Source: Minisyncoccota bacterium (GTDB lineage Bacteria > Patescibacteriota > Minisyncoccia > Phycocordibacterales > UBA9973). From it: DNA of 64,000 bases. The notes under the pieces are model-generated. The model was not told where the DNA came from, made no database searches, and saw nothing but the letters and a program-made list of their open reading frames with translations. Position numbers and translations under genes: made by a program. Positions 38,293-48,153 of this stretch are shown here, piece by piece; positions within the stretch are counted from its first letter, which is position 1, and every line of letters starts with the position of its first letter. Where the stretch lies: contig JBAZSZ010000002.1 of assembly GCA_041662205.1 (NCBI GenBank), positions 27,957 through 91,956 on the forward strand. Reading direction: 5' to 3'.

Positions 38293-39498
38293 TTATAAAA
38301 AGTTTTTATTCCGCATATTTTTGTGATACGCGATGGCAAATCTATGTGCTTCACTGTTCGCTAATAGAATTTCCCTTTTATATTTTAATCCAAAATCCCT
38401 ATCTCCCATGATGGCTTTCGGTTTATGGCGTTCATCTTTAACTACAGAAACTACAGGGATATTTATACCCATTTTTTTTAATATATTTTTTACTACATTT
38501 ATTTGCGCCACACCACCATCTACAACTATTAAATTTGGGAACATCCATTCTCTGTGAATTAACCTCCTTTCTAAAACTTCCGCCAGCGCACCAGTATCAT
38601 TTGCTTTATTCTGAGTCTTGATCTTAAATTTTCTATATTCATTCTTTGCCACTTCTCCGTCTTCTAAAACTGTCATTACCCCAACCATATTTTTACCAGC
38701 CATATGAGCTATATCATAAGATTCAATTCTAAAATTCCCCCTCTCCTTGATAAGGAGAGGGTTGGGGTGAGGTGAATTTTTTATCAACGCTACATCATTT
38801 ATGTGCTGCAAGGCGAAGAGTTGTTTTTTTAATTCTTGTGCTTTCTCAAATTCTTTCTCTTTTGCTTTTTGCATCATCAATTTTTTCAAATCCTTTACAA
38901 TATCTTTCTTTTTACCATTAAAGAAAAGTTTCAAATATTTAATATTGTCCAAATAAATTTTACTCGGAGACAATGCATCTGGAGTTAATCCAAGTTGCTT
39001 ATAAAATTCATAATTTTGTTTTTTACTAGATTTATCATCAATGAAAGGAAAAATTTTACGTAAAATTTTTAATGCCTCATGCAACTGTGTACCGCTAGTA
39101 AATGGACCGAAGATACTACCTTTGTAATTTTTTAAAACTCTGCCTCTGACTACCAATACCCTTGGTAATTTCTCTTTTGTAATACAAACATAATTAAAAC
39201 TTTTATCATCTTTTTCTTTCGTATTGTAATATGGCTGATATTTTTTTATCAGATTCGCTTCTAAAATAATTGCTTCTAAAACAGAGTCAGTGACTTCCCA
39301 TTTTATATTATCTGATTTAAAAACCATATCTAAAACAAGCGGACCTCTGGTATTTATTAAGTCCTTACTAAAATAACTCTTTATGCGATCTCGTAGAGAC
39401 GTCGCTTTACCAATATATAAAATCTTCTTATTTTTTAAAAAAAAATATACACCGGGTTTATCTGGTAATTTCAATTTTTTTAATGTACCTATTTCCAT
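38293..39498 (-). CDS. uvrC: Excinuclease subunit C (short, no HhH tail)
   Basis: PGVY...YIGKA GIY-YIG domain, RIESYDIAH, PNLIVVDGG, EAHRFAI. Confidence 0.92.
   Translation of the reverse strand: MEIGTLKKLKLPDKPGVYFFLKNKKILYIGKATSLRDRIKSYFSKDLINTRGPLVLDMVFKSDNIKWEVTDSVLEAIILEANLIKKYQPYYNTKEKDDKSFNYVCITKEKLPRVLVVRGRVLKNYKGSIFGPFTSGTQLHEALKILRKIFPFIDDKSSKKQNYEFYKQLGLTPDALSPSKIYLDNIKYLKLFFNGKKKDIVKDLKKLMMQKAKEKEFEKAQELKKQLFALQHINDVALIKNSPHPNPLLIKERGNFRIESYDIAHMAGKNMVGVMTVLEDGEVAKNEYRKFKIKTQNKANDTGALAEVLERRLIHREWMFPNLIVVDGGVAQINVVKNILKKMGINIPVVSVVKDERHKPKAIMGDRDFGLKYKREILLANSEAHRFAIAYHKNMRNKNFL
38731..38780. repeat. In-frame hairpin element in uvrC
   Basis: aaaattc...ccctctcctt-gat-aaggagaggg...gaatttt; related copy at 63153-63226. 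Confidence 0.8.
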
Positions 39499-39504
39499 AT
39501 AATT

Positions 39505-42156
39505 TTATCTTTTCAACACTCTTTTAAGATATTTTCCAGTATAACTCTTTGCATTGTTCGCTATTTCTTCAGGCGTACCTTTGGCAACAATCTTGCCTCC
39601 ATTTACTCCACCCTCTGGGCCAATGTCTATAATATAGTCGGAGCTTTTTACAATATCAAGATTATGTTCAATCAAAACGATAGTATTCCCATGAGATACT
39701 AATTTATTTAAAACTTCCAAAAGTTTTTGCACATCATCATAATGAAGCCCCACGGTCGGCTCATCTAAAAGATAAATTGTTTTTTCTAAATGCGGTCGAT
39801 AAAGCTCACTACTAATTTTTACCCGTTGCGCTTCCCCTCCAGAGAGCGTGGTAGCTGATTGTCCGAGCTCTAAATAACCAAGGCCTACATCAGATAGAGT
39901 TTGAAGCCTGTCAGAAATTGCGGGAATATCTTTAAAAAAGATTAACCCATTTTCTACAGTCATGTGTAACACTTCATAAATATTTTTTTTCTTATATTTT
40001 ACAGTAAGCGTCTCTTTGTCAAAACGTTTTCCATTACAAACATCACAAGTCACATAAACTGTGGGTAAAAAATGCATTTCAACGGCTATTTCCCCATTAC
40101 CCTCGCAAGCTTCACATCGTCCGCCTTTTACATTAAAAGAAAAACGATTCGCTTTCCAGCCTCGCAAACGAGCTTCTTCTGTAGAAGCAAAAAGGTCCCG
40201 AATGTGCGTAAAAGCACCAGTATAAGTGACAATGTTTGAGCGTGGGGTCCTGCCAATCGGCGACTGATCAATTAAAATGACTCTTGATAAATATTCAGTT
40301 CCAGAAAAAGAAGAACAATTAAATATTTTTGCCGTACGATATTTTCTTTCAAAACGGGCTTGAAGATTTTTATAAAGAATCTCATACATTAGAGAACTTT
40401 TTCCAGAACCAGAAACTCCAGTAATAGAGGTCATCACTCCGAGTGGCACTTCTACATTTAAATTATTTATATTAAAAATATTTCCGCCTACTATGCGAAG
40501 TACGCCTTTCGGATGGCGTCGCTTATTTGGAATTTCTATTCTAGTTTCATCCCGCAAGTAACTAAGCGTACGAGAATTATTCGTATTCTTTTTTGCAGTT
40601 AATAAATCTTCAAGATAACCAGAAACAATAACTTCTCCGCCGTGCACTCCAGCCTTAGGGCCGATATCCACTATAAAATCCGAAGCATAAATAGTATCTT
40701 CGTCGTGTTCTACAATTAAGATGGTATTACCAAGATCACGCAAGTTTTGAAGGGTTTTAATCAAGCGATCATTGTCTCTTTGATGAAGTCCGATAGTCGG
40801 CTCATCTAACACATAAAGCGCACCGACGAGCCTAGAGCCAAGCTGAGAAGCTAAGCGTATACGTTGCGCTTCTCCACCAGAGAGAGTGTTTGCCTTGCGA
40901 GATAATTGCAAATAATCTAAACCCACATCCAGCATAAATTGGAGCCTGGCTTCTATCTCCTTTACCACTGGCACAGATATTTCTTTCTCTTGTTCTGAAA
41001 GTTTTAAGTTTTTAAAAAAATCGTGCGCATCTTTTATGGAAAGAGAAGATAATTCTAAAATATTTACCTTCCCCGAAACCAGGTTTAGGGACTTTTGTTT
41101 TTTGCTATCTGCCCCTAAACCTGGTTTCGGGGAAATAGAAGAATACAAAAACACATTTAGCGCTTCAGGACGTAATCGCGCTCCATGACAAACTTCACAT
41201 GGTTCATCTCCCATAAAATATTTTGAACCAAGACCGTTACATTCCGGACAGGCACCATAAGGTGAATTAAAAGAAAATAATCTAGGCTCTACTTCTGGAA
41301 AAGAAAAACCATCATTCTTGCAAGCAAATTTTGATGACATTATAAACTCTTCAGCACCAATCTTTATAGCTACCAAACCATCTGATTCAAGAAGTGCCCG
41401 TTCTAGAGCTTCAGCAAGGCGCATTCTACTATTATCTTTATTATCTTCAAACTCATGTACTGCAAAATGATCAACAAGAATATCAATATTGTGAGCTTTG
41501 TTTTTTGAAAGAGTTATTTGTTCGCGAAGCTTTTTCATTACCCCATCAAGACGAATTTCTGCAAAACCTTTTCCAAGTAAATCATAAAGTAATTGATAAT
41601 ATTCGCCCTTTCGTCCGCGCACTATCGGGGAAAAAATACTTATTTCAGTTTCATCCCATTCTACTCCCATAACTTTTTTATTTTTCTTAGAATTTTTACC
41701 TAAGGTATTAATTTTTTCTAAAACAAAATTTAAAATTTCTTCGTTAGAAAGTTTTTTAATTTCCTCACCGCACAAAGGACAATGCGGGTGCCCAATGCGT
41801 GCATACATCACTCGCAGGTAATCATAGATTTCTGTAATCGTCGCCACTGTCGAGCGTGGATTGTTTGAACGAGATTTTTGGTCAATCGAAATTGCTGGTG
41901 AAAGACCTGTGATCTCATCCACGTTAGGCTTTGGCATTTGATTCAAAAATTGTCGAGCATAAGAAGAAAGAGATTCCACATATCGGCGTTGACCTTCAGC
42001 AAAAATGGTATCAAAAGCCAGAGACGATTTTCCGGAACCAGAAACCCCAGTAATGGCTATCATCTTGTTACGTGGCATTTCCAATGAAATATTCTTCAGA
42101 TTATGCGTCCGTGCCCCTTTAACTATTATTTTATCTATATTTTGTTGATTTTTCAT
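39505..42156 (-). CDS. uvrA: Excinuclease subunit A
   Basis: GARTHNLK, two [10 protein letters not shown] and LSGGEAQR motifs, zinc fingers. Confidence 0.97.
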   Translation of the reverse strand: MKNQQNIDKIIVKGARTHNLKNISLEMPRNKMIAITGVSGSGKSSLAFDTIFAEGQRRYVESLSSYARQFLNQMPKPNVDEITGLSPAISIDQKSRSNNPRSTVATITEIYDYLRVMYARIGHPHCPLCGEEIKKLSNEEILNFVLEKINTLGKNSKKNKKVMGVEWDETEISIFSPIVRGRKGEYYQLLYDLLGKGFAEIRLDGVMKKLREQITLSKNKAHNIDILVDHFAVHEFEDNKDNSRMRLAEALERALLESDGLVAIKIGAEEFIMSSKFACKNDGFSFPEVEPRLFSFNSPYGACPECNGLGSKYFMGDEPCEVCHGARLRPEALNVFLYSSISPKPGLGADSKKQKSLNLVSGKVNILELSSLSIKDAHDFFKNLKLSEQEKEISVPVVKEIEARLQFMLDVGLDYLQLSRKANTLSGGEAQRIRLASQLGSRLVGALYVLDEPTIGLHQRDNDRLIKTLQNLRDLGNTILIVEHDEDTIYASDFIVDIGPKAGVHGGEVIVSGYLEDLLTAKKNTNNSRTLSYLRDETRIEIPNKRRHPKGVLRIVGGNIFNINNLNVEVPLGVMTSITGVSGSGKSSLMYEILYKNLQARFERKYRTAKIFNCSSFSGTEYLSRVILIDQSPIGRTPRSNIVTYTGAFTHIRDLFASTEEARLRGWKANRFSFNVKGGRCEACEGNGEIAVEMHFLPTVYVTCDVCNGKRFDKETLTVKYKKKNIYEVLHMTVENGLIFFKDIPAISDRLQTLSDVGLGYLELGQSATTLSGGEAQRVKISSELYRPHLEKTIYLLDEPTVGLHYDDVQKLLEVLNKLVSHGNTIVLIEHNLDIVKSSDYIIDIGPEGGVNGGKIVAKGTPEEIANNAKSYTGKYLKRVLKR
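41069..41134. repeat. In-frame hairpin element in uvrA, perfect 22-bp arms
   Basis: ttccccgaaaccaggtttaggg / ccctaaacctggtttcggggaa. Confidence 0.9.
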
Positions 42157-42266
42157 TTAAATTTATCTATATAACAGTTAATACACCCACCAATGTTCAT
42201 AGGGGGTGTCAATGACTTTCTTTATAATATTAAGTAAGAATATTATAACACAAAATAGTAAAAATA

Positions 42267-43343
42267 CTAATTATTTTGGTATGGAGTATATTCTATTTCA
42301 AAACCAAGCTTGGCAGCTTCCGTTTTATATTTTTCTATTAAATCATCGAGTGTTTGGGTCTTTTTATAATCAGAACCTGCTCTAGTATAACTACTAATTT
42401 TATAACCAGTTTCATTTATCCCATTCATTCCCTCAATAGTTTGAATGTATTGTTTAGAAATTTTCTCAAGTTCTACCATTGCAACTTTTTCCAGCTTTTC
42501 GCCCAAGGCATGAGTCTCTGGATTTTGTTTTAAAATTTGCATAATTTTTTCCTGATGAATACCAATTGCATATTTTTTAAATAATTCTTTTTCTTCATTT
42601 GAAAAAGACTCAGTGATTTTAGTACCTATTTCAGGAATTTTTTCAATCAGTTCTTTGTATTTCTTAAACGTCTCAGTATTTTTATCACTTACTCTGTATT
42701 CCCAGACACCAGTTGCATCAAAAACTTTTCCATTTATTTTTATTTCTTTCTCTTCAAGAGAACGGAAAATCTGGGCCATGCCCTGAAAATCAACAATACT
42801 TGGTGCCATTGGGGGTGGTTGTAATTCACCTGACTGCATCTTTTTTATTTCTTCATCATCATATCCAACACTTGAATAAACAGAAATTGGATGTGTGTGA
42901 GTTAAAAATACATCTTTAATTTTTTGTTCTTCACAAAATTTTTCTATTTCTTCTAAAGGAACTACCCCATTATCTCCATTATTTTTAAAATCATTTGGTG
43001 TAAAATAGGAATCTTCATTTTCCTTACTCAAAAAAGCCTTCTCATTTTTATCTAAAAAAACAAAACCTTTTATGATTTCAGAATTTACTGGTAAATTTTC
43101 TTTATTACTTACAGTAGCGGGTGTTTCTATAGAAACAGTAGATGAAATATTCCCTCTGTTATTTTCTCCGGGTTCTTTTGCTGTACCACTCTCCACTTGT
43201 TGTCCAGCTGCCTCACCCAAAGAACCATAAGTTAATAAAGCACTAATTAGACTAGCTCTAAGAAATTTTTTTACTGTTTCTGATATGCTCAAAGAATTTT
43301 CTGGTTTTTTTATTGGTTTTATTACAGGGAATCCTTCATTCAT
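42267..43343 (-). CDS. Hypothetical protein with JAB/MPN+-like motif
   Basis: Hydrophobic N-terminal segment; HTHP...PSIVD. Confidence 0.65.
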   Translation of the reverse strand: MNEGFPVIKPIKKPENSLSISETVKKFLRASLISALLTYGSLGEAAGQQVESGTAKEPGENNRGNISSTVSIETPATVSNKENLPVNSEIIKGFVFLDKNEKAFLSKENEDSYFTPNDFKNNGDNGVVPLEEIEKFCEEQKIKDVFLTHTHPISVYSSVGYDDEEIKKMQSGELQPPPMAPSIVDFQGMAQIFRSLEEKEIKINGKVFDATGVWEYRVSDKNTETFKKYKELIEKIPEIGTKITESFSNEEKELFKKYAIGIHQEKIMQILKQNPETHALGEKLEKVAMVELEKISKQYIQTIEGMNGINETGYKISSYTRAGSDYKKTQTLDDLIEKYKTEAAKLGFEIEYTPYQNN

Positions 43344-43372
43344 CTAATAAATATACCATAAATAATAAGTTA

Positions 43373-45679
43373 CTATTTCTTTTCCAATTTCAAACGAAGT
43401 ACTCCAATTTCGTCTCTTAAGATCGCCGCTGTTTCAAAATCTAACTCTTTTACCGCTTTATTCATTTCTTTTTCCTTCATTTTAATTATTTTTTCGTAAA
43501 TTAAATTACCAATTTCTTCATCAGATAAATAAGACTGTCCAAGACTGGTGTTTGGTATTTTTTTATTAATTTTTTTATCTTTTTTAAATTCTTTCGCATA
43601 AGCCCGCTTGAAAACTTCTAGATCAAGCTTGAGTTCCGCATTCACCACTTTGCCATGCTCACTCTCCATTTCTTCAGTAATGTCTTTTATCTTTTTTATA
43701 ATTGTTTTCGGAGTAATGCCATGCTTTTTGTTATAAGCAAGCTGAATGTTTCTACGACGAGCAGTTTCCTTTAGAGCATAATCCATTGCTCCCGTCATGA
43801 TATCAGCATAGAGAATAACCTTTCCCTCACTATTGCGAGCTGCGCGACCAATAGTTTGGATTAAGGATGTTTCGGATCGTAAAAATCCAGCTTTATCAGC
43901 ATCCAAAATTCCAATCAGAGCAACTTCTGGCAAATCGAGCCCTTCACGCAACAGATTAACTCCGACCAAAACATCAAATTCTCCTTTTCGAAACTGAGTC
44001 AGAATTTTAATTCTATCCATCGTCTTTATATCACTATGTAAATATTCTGCTTTTATTTTTTTATCCTTCAGATAAACAGAAAGGTCTTCTGCCATTTTTT
44101 TTGTTAGTGTTGTAGCCAACACTCTGAAACCTTTTTTAATTGTTTTTTCTGTTTCACTTATAAAGTCTTGAATTTGACCAGGGTAGTGCTCAAGATGATG
44201 CTCAGAGGAGTATTCGCTACGACCAGAAAGAACTTTCCCTTCCAAGATAGAGTGCGAACGACGGCGAGTATCATCTTGAGCGCTACCTTCAGAAACGGGA
44301 CGAACTATGGTTTCTGGATCTACCAGTCCGGTTGGGCGAATTATTTGTTCTACTATTTGTTCGCTTTCTTTTCTTTCCACATCACTCGGGGTCGCACTCG
44401 TATAAATCACTGGACCAATTCGTTCTTGAAATTCCTTATATTTAAGTGGTCTATTGTCTTTGGCTGAAGGTAAACGAAAACCATATTCGACAAGAGTGTT
44501 TTTACGTGAAGCATCACCAGCGTACATTCCATTTAATTGAGGCAAAGTAACATGCGATTCATCAATAATGGTAAGGAAATCTGGAACATACTCAGAGGAG
44601 TATTCGCTACGACCAGAAAGAACTTTCCCTTCCAAGATAGAGTGCGAACGACGGCGAGCATGTTCCTGGTTTTCTACATGGGGGAAATAAGACAACAATG
44701 TCTCTGGCGGTTCACCTTCTTCTTTTCCAGATAAATGCCTAGAATAATTTTCTATCCCATTACAATATCCAACTTCTTTTATCATCGCTAAATCATAATT
44801 TGTCCTCCTTTTTATGCGCTCAGCTTCTAAAAGTTTTCCTTCTTTTTCAAATTTCTTTAACTGCTGTGCCAATTCTTTTTTAATTTCAATAAGCGCTTTT
44901 TTCTTTTTTACATCTTCTGTAATAAAATGCTTTGCTGGAAAAATAAAAATATTTTTTTCTTCTCTAATTATGCGCGAAGAAGTTGGATCAACTTTTGTTA
45001 TTTTTGAAATGCTCCCGCCAAGCATTTCAACCTGGTACATAACACTTTCAGACACTGGCATAAATTCTACCCGAGAACCAATAGAGCGAAAAGTTCCCGG
45101 ACTGAGGTCTGCATTAGTACGTTCAAAATAAATACTAATTAATTTTTTCATTAAAGTAAGGCGATCTATTTTCATTCCTATCTCAAGTTTTAAATTAACT
45201 TTTTCATATTCTTCTGGAGAACCCAAACCATAAATACAGGAAACTGAAGCTACTATTATCACATCCCGTCTTGTTAAAAGTGCTTGGGTGGAAGCATGAC
45301 GAAGCATATCTATTTCTTTATTTATAGATGCATCTTTCTCAATATAAGTATCTGAAGCGGGCACATAAGCTTCTGGTTGATAATAATCATAATAAGAAAC
45401 AAAATAATTCACCGCGGAATCTGGAAAAAATTCTCGAAACTCTTGCGCTAGCTGAGCGGCGAGAGTTTTGTTGTGGGCGATCACTAAAGTCGGTTTATTG
45501 TACTGCGCTATCACGTTCGCCATAGTAAAAGTCTTGCCTGTGCCTGTAGCTCCTAGGAGTGTCTGCTTCTTCATCCCCTTAGACAGGCCTTGCACTAATG
45601 CTGAAATAGCCTCGGGCTGATCTCCGGCAGGCTCAAAAGGTTTATGTAATTTAAAGATACTTCCTTGATTTTTCAACAT
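43373..45679 (-). CDS. uvrB: Excinuclease subunit B carrying two in-frame inserts
   Basis: GATGTGKT, YFVSYYDYYQPEAY, DESH, NLLREGLDLPEV, FETAAILRD. Confidence 0.97.
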   Translation of the reverse strand: MLKNQGSIFKLHKPFEPAGDQPEAISALVQGLSKGMKKQTLLGATGTGKTFTMANVIAQYNKPTLVIAHNKTLAAQLAQEFREFFPDSAVNYFVSYYDYYQPEAYVPASDTYIEKDASINKEIDMLRHASTQALLTRRDVIIVASVSCIYGLGSPEEYEKVNLKLEIGMKIDRLTLMKKLISIYFERTNADLSPGTFRSIGSRVEFMPVSESVMYQVEMLGGSISKITKVDPTSSRIIREEKNIFIFPAKHFITEDVKKKKALIEIKKELAQQLKKFEKEGKLLEAERIKRRTNYDLAMIKEVGYCNGIENYSRHLSGKEEGEPPETLLSYFPHVENQEHARRRSHSILEGKVLSGRSEYSSEYVPDFLTIIDESHVTLPQLNGMYAGDASRKNTLVEYGFRLPSAKDNRPLKYKEFQERIGPVIYTSATPSDVERKESEQIVEQIIRPTGLVDPETIVRPVSEGSAQDDTRRRSHSILEGKVLSGRSEYSSEHHLEHYPGQIQDFISETEKTIKKGFRVLATTLTKKMAEDLSVYLKDKKIKAEYLHSDIKTMDRIKILTQFRKGEFDVLVGVNLLREGLDLPEVALIGILDADKAGFLRSETSLIQTIGRAARNSEGKVILYADIMTGAMDYALKETARRRNIQLAYNKKHGITPKTIIKKIKDITEEMESEHGKVVNAELKLDLEVFKRAYAKEFKKDKKINKKIPNTSLGQSYLSDEEIGNLIYEKIIKMKEKEMNKAVKELDFETAAILRDEIGVLRLKLEKK
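44182..44287. repeat. uvrB insert with 68-bp core (44201-44268) and 19-bp arms
   Basis: Core identical to 44591-44658. Confidence 0.95.
44576..44674. repeat. uvrB insert with 68-bp core (44591-44658) and different arms
   Basis: Core identical to 44201-44268; arms ggaacata/catgttcc, extending imperfectly. Confidence 0.95.
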
Positions 45680-45722
45680 ATTTCTTATACTATCATAAGA
45701 TATTGATTTTTTAAGAAAATAT

Positions 45723-45795
45723 GCGCCCGTAGCTCAGCTGGTAGAGCAGATCCCTTTTAAGGATAAGGTCGTTGGTTCGATCCCAACCGGGCGCA
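45723..45795 (+). tRNA. tRNA-Lys (UUU)
   Basis: ATCC-CTTTTAA-GGAT arm, GGTTCGATCCC. Confidence 0.95.
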
Positions 45796-45802
45796 CAGCG
45801 TT

Positions 45803-45833
45803 AAAAAAATCTGCAGTAATGCAGATTTTTTTT
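45803..45833. terminator. Bidirectional terminator
   Basis: aaaaaaatctgc-agtaat-gcagattttttt. Confidence 0.85.
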
Positions 45834-45846
45834 GGGATTATAAATA

Positions 45847-46212
45847 CTAAGCTTTAATTCTTTCTCTTAATATCAATGACAAATCAACTCTATCACATAT
45901 CTCCATAGCTTGGGCAGCTATTTCAAGGAGAGAATTAATATCCATCGGGTCTTCATCGATTAAACGACCCGCCTCAATAGAAATTTTGTCTAATTTTTTA
46001 ATTTTTAATTCGTCTTCTGTTGTCACCTTTTCTTTAAAAGGTACTCCAAAAACGGTATTGTTTGGATATTTATCAGAAAAACTTTTTGGTTTGCCTGGTT
46101 TTTCACTTATATGGTTGAGAAACATAAAAAACGAAATATACTCATTGGGATAATCACCCCTCATAAGTTCCGCCACACCATATCTTTTACTTTCGTAGGG
46201 TTTATTTTCCAT
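45847..46212 (-). CDS. Hypothetical protein
   Basis: 121-aa ORF with protein-like composition. Confidence 0.6.
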   Translation of the reverse strand: MENKPYESKRYGVAELMRGDYPNEYISFFMFLNHISEKPGKPKSFSDKYPNNTVFGVPFKEKVTTEDELKIKKLDKISIEAGRLIDEDPMDINSLLEIAAQAMEICDRVDLSLILRERIKA

Positions 46213-46424
46213 GCCTTAATTATTAATCGATTATTGCTTACTAGATAATACCAAATTTTTTCTCCTTCTGTATAGCATTCAAAAAAAATCCTGTCGCACA
46301 AACTTTCCATATACGAACAGTCGAAGAAAATAGTTATAATGTTCTCCTGTTATTCGCACAACGTAAAGAAAAACAAAACCCCGCCTAGACGAGCTTGGGG
46401 CTTTGTCTAAAACGGGGTTGATAC

Positions 46425-46739
46425 TTAAGGCAACATTAATGCGATAGCCTTATCACATACCTCCCTACTTGTGTTAAGGATATTAATATAAAATATTTCC
46501 ATTCCTTTTGTAAAATCTTTTTTTACAGTTTCATTTAGAGGAACTAGGGGTTCCTCTTTTGAATAATCGGAAGATACAGAAATTCCAATTTTCAAAAAAC
46601 AAAAGCGGATTCCCTCGGCTGTTGCTTGGGCACTGTGTTGGCTCACAAAATCGTGGAAGCCCTTATATCCCCTGGTTCCATTTTTGTGAAGACATACAAA
46701 ATACTTTTTACCGTCATACCTGATTTCAATTCGCATCAT
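46425..46739 (-). CDS. Hypothetical protein coupled to the plsY-like gene
   Basis: AAAAGGAG SD; start overlaps the end of the upstream gene. Confidence 0.6.
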   Translation of the reverse strand: MMRIEIRYDGKKYFVCLHKNGTRGYKGFHDFVSQHSAQATAEGIRFCFLKIGISVSSDYSKEEPLVPLNETVKKDFTKGMEIFYINILNTSREVCDKAIALMLP

Positions 46740-47439
46740 TGATCTCCTTTTGTTCTTCAGGTTCTGTTCCCGCTCTTATACGAGCGATGTTTTCTAGGTG
46801 TAAGAATGTGATAAAAATTAATGAACTGAAACCTAGAATTTTGATCTCATATCCTCCGTCAAAGATTACCGCGAGCGAGGCAATGATTAAGCAAGCGGTT
46901 AATGAACGAACAGATGACATCCTGCAAAATCGAGCCAGCGGCATGGAGCGAAATTTTTTCCCATAAAGGGCAATCAGTACATAGCAAAGCAACGCTACGA
47001 GTGTAATTTTGGGAGCTATCACCAAGAATACTCCCAGAGATGTAGCAACTGCTTTTCCTCCGCGATGCCCCATGAGCAGATAAAAAAACGGGAACGCATG
47101 GCCTATCATAGCGAGAAAGCCAGATAGAGCAACTGCCCAGAGAGGAAAATGAAAAGCGAGTGCTCCAGCTACTACCATGGCTCCTTTTGTGGCATCTAGT
47201 AAAATTGTCAGAGCTTTACCTTTTCCTCCAACTCCAGCAACTCTCCCAACATTTGTTCCGCCAGGGCTGTGACTTCCGCATCTGAAGAGATAAAAGATGC
47301 TTACCTTTTCACCGTGTTTGCGTTTGAACCACCAAACGACAATGGGCCCCCAGAGGAACGAGCCAAGTGTATAACTCACCCACCACCACAACAAAAACAA
47401 CCCCCATGAATCAGAAATCAAACGTGAGCTTTCCATCAT
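46726..47439 (-). CDS. plsY: Glycerol-3-phosphate acyltransferase PlsY-like
   Basis: GS..PGGTN, LDATKG, GHAFP, GGKAVATSLG, HLENIARI; start placed at MMESS after AAAGGAG. Confidence 0.8.
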   Translation of the reverse strand: MMESSRLISDSWGLFLLWWWVSYTLGSFLWGPIVVWWFKRKHGEKVSIFYLFRCGSHSPGGTNVGRVAGVGGKGKALTILLDATKGAMVVAGALAFHFPLWAVALSGFLAMIGHAFPFFYLLMGHRGGKAVATSLGVFLVIAPKITLVALLCYVLIALYGKKFRSMPLARFCRMSSVRSLTACLIIASLAVIFDGGYEIKILGFSSLIFITFLHLENIARIRAGTEPEEQKEINDAN

Positions 47440-47675
47440 TACTCCTTTCGTAAGGTTATGTGCAAATTGCACGGGTTTATATATGAAAAGAACTACACCT
47501 GTTTAGCATAATCTAGCAACAATGGTGGTTTTGTCAAACATTTATTTCAAGCACACTTCGACTCATTACATTCGCTCAGTGTAAACAGAAACAATGAAAG
47601 GCAGTTCACATATTGTGCTCTGCCTTTTTTTTAATTGGGAAAACAAATTGGCTATTTGCTCCCCGTCGTGATTGT

Positions 47676-48044
47676 TTAAGATACCTGGAAACTCTCGAAC
47701 TCAGATTCGGGAGAGCTATTCTGCGTCAGCATCCTGTCGACGAAATCATCGTACTTCTTCATGAAATCGTCATAAGACATCTCCTGACAAGAAACTCCCG
47801 TCAGGTTAGTGTCTCTGCTATAGCAGGCGACGTAAATTTTTCCTGCCTTTTCGGTCCAGTCTCCGCCTTTTGCTAAGTCCTCCTCACTGTGAACATATGC
47901 CCTCTCAATACCAAGCTGGTTTGGACCTACCTTTGAACCGCGAGTGCTGTGTTTTACGAATCTTTTTCCTCTACTGAGAAAACGATTACCTTTCCCATCC
48001 ATTTGGACGACGTAACCTGCGACTAATACTGAAACTTTTGTCAT
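47676..48044 (-). CDS. Hypothetical protein
   Basis: GAGGAG SD, own promoter-like region, hairpin at 47597-47632. Confidence 0.65.
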   Translation of the reverse strand: MTKVSVLVAGYVVQMDGKGNRFLSRGKRFVKHSTRGSKVGPNQLGIERAYVHSEEDLAKGGDWTEKAGKIYVACYSRDTNLTGVSCQEMSYDDFMKKYDDFVDRMLTQNSSPESEFESFQVS

Positions 48045-48153
48045 TGGCGTCTCCTCTTTTTAAATTGTTTTTAGTTTCAGGAACAAATAGCCAAAAATAC
48101 TTTACTATAAAAGTACGATATTGTAAATAAATACTAGATATTCTAGGGATTAT

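Noticed and set aside
43531-43560. ccaagactggtgtttgg in the uvrB C-terminal linker as a third insert
   Set aside because: Only a weak palindrome in a naturally variable linker.
44201-44658. uvrB repeats as a CRISPR array or intein/intron
   Set aside because: Only two 68-bp copies, separated by 322 bp of ordinary UvrB coding sequence; no cas genes, no intein terminal motifs, and too short for group I or II introns.
45723-48130. Prophage or integrative element at tRNA-Lys
   Set aside because: No integrase, phage genes or duplicated tRNA 3' end were found.
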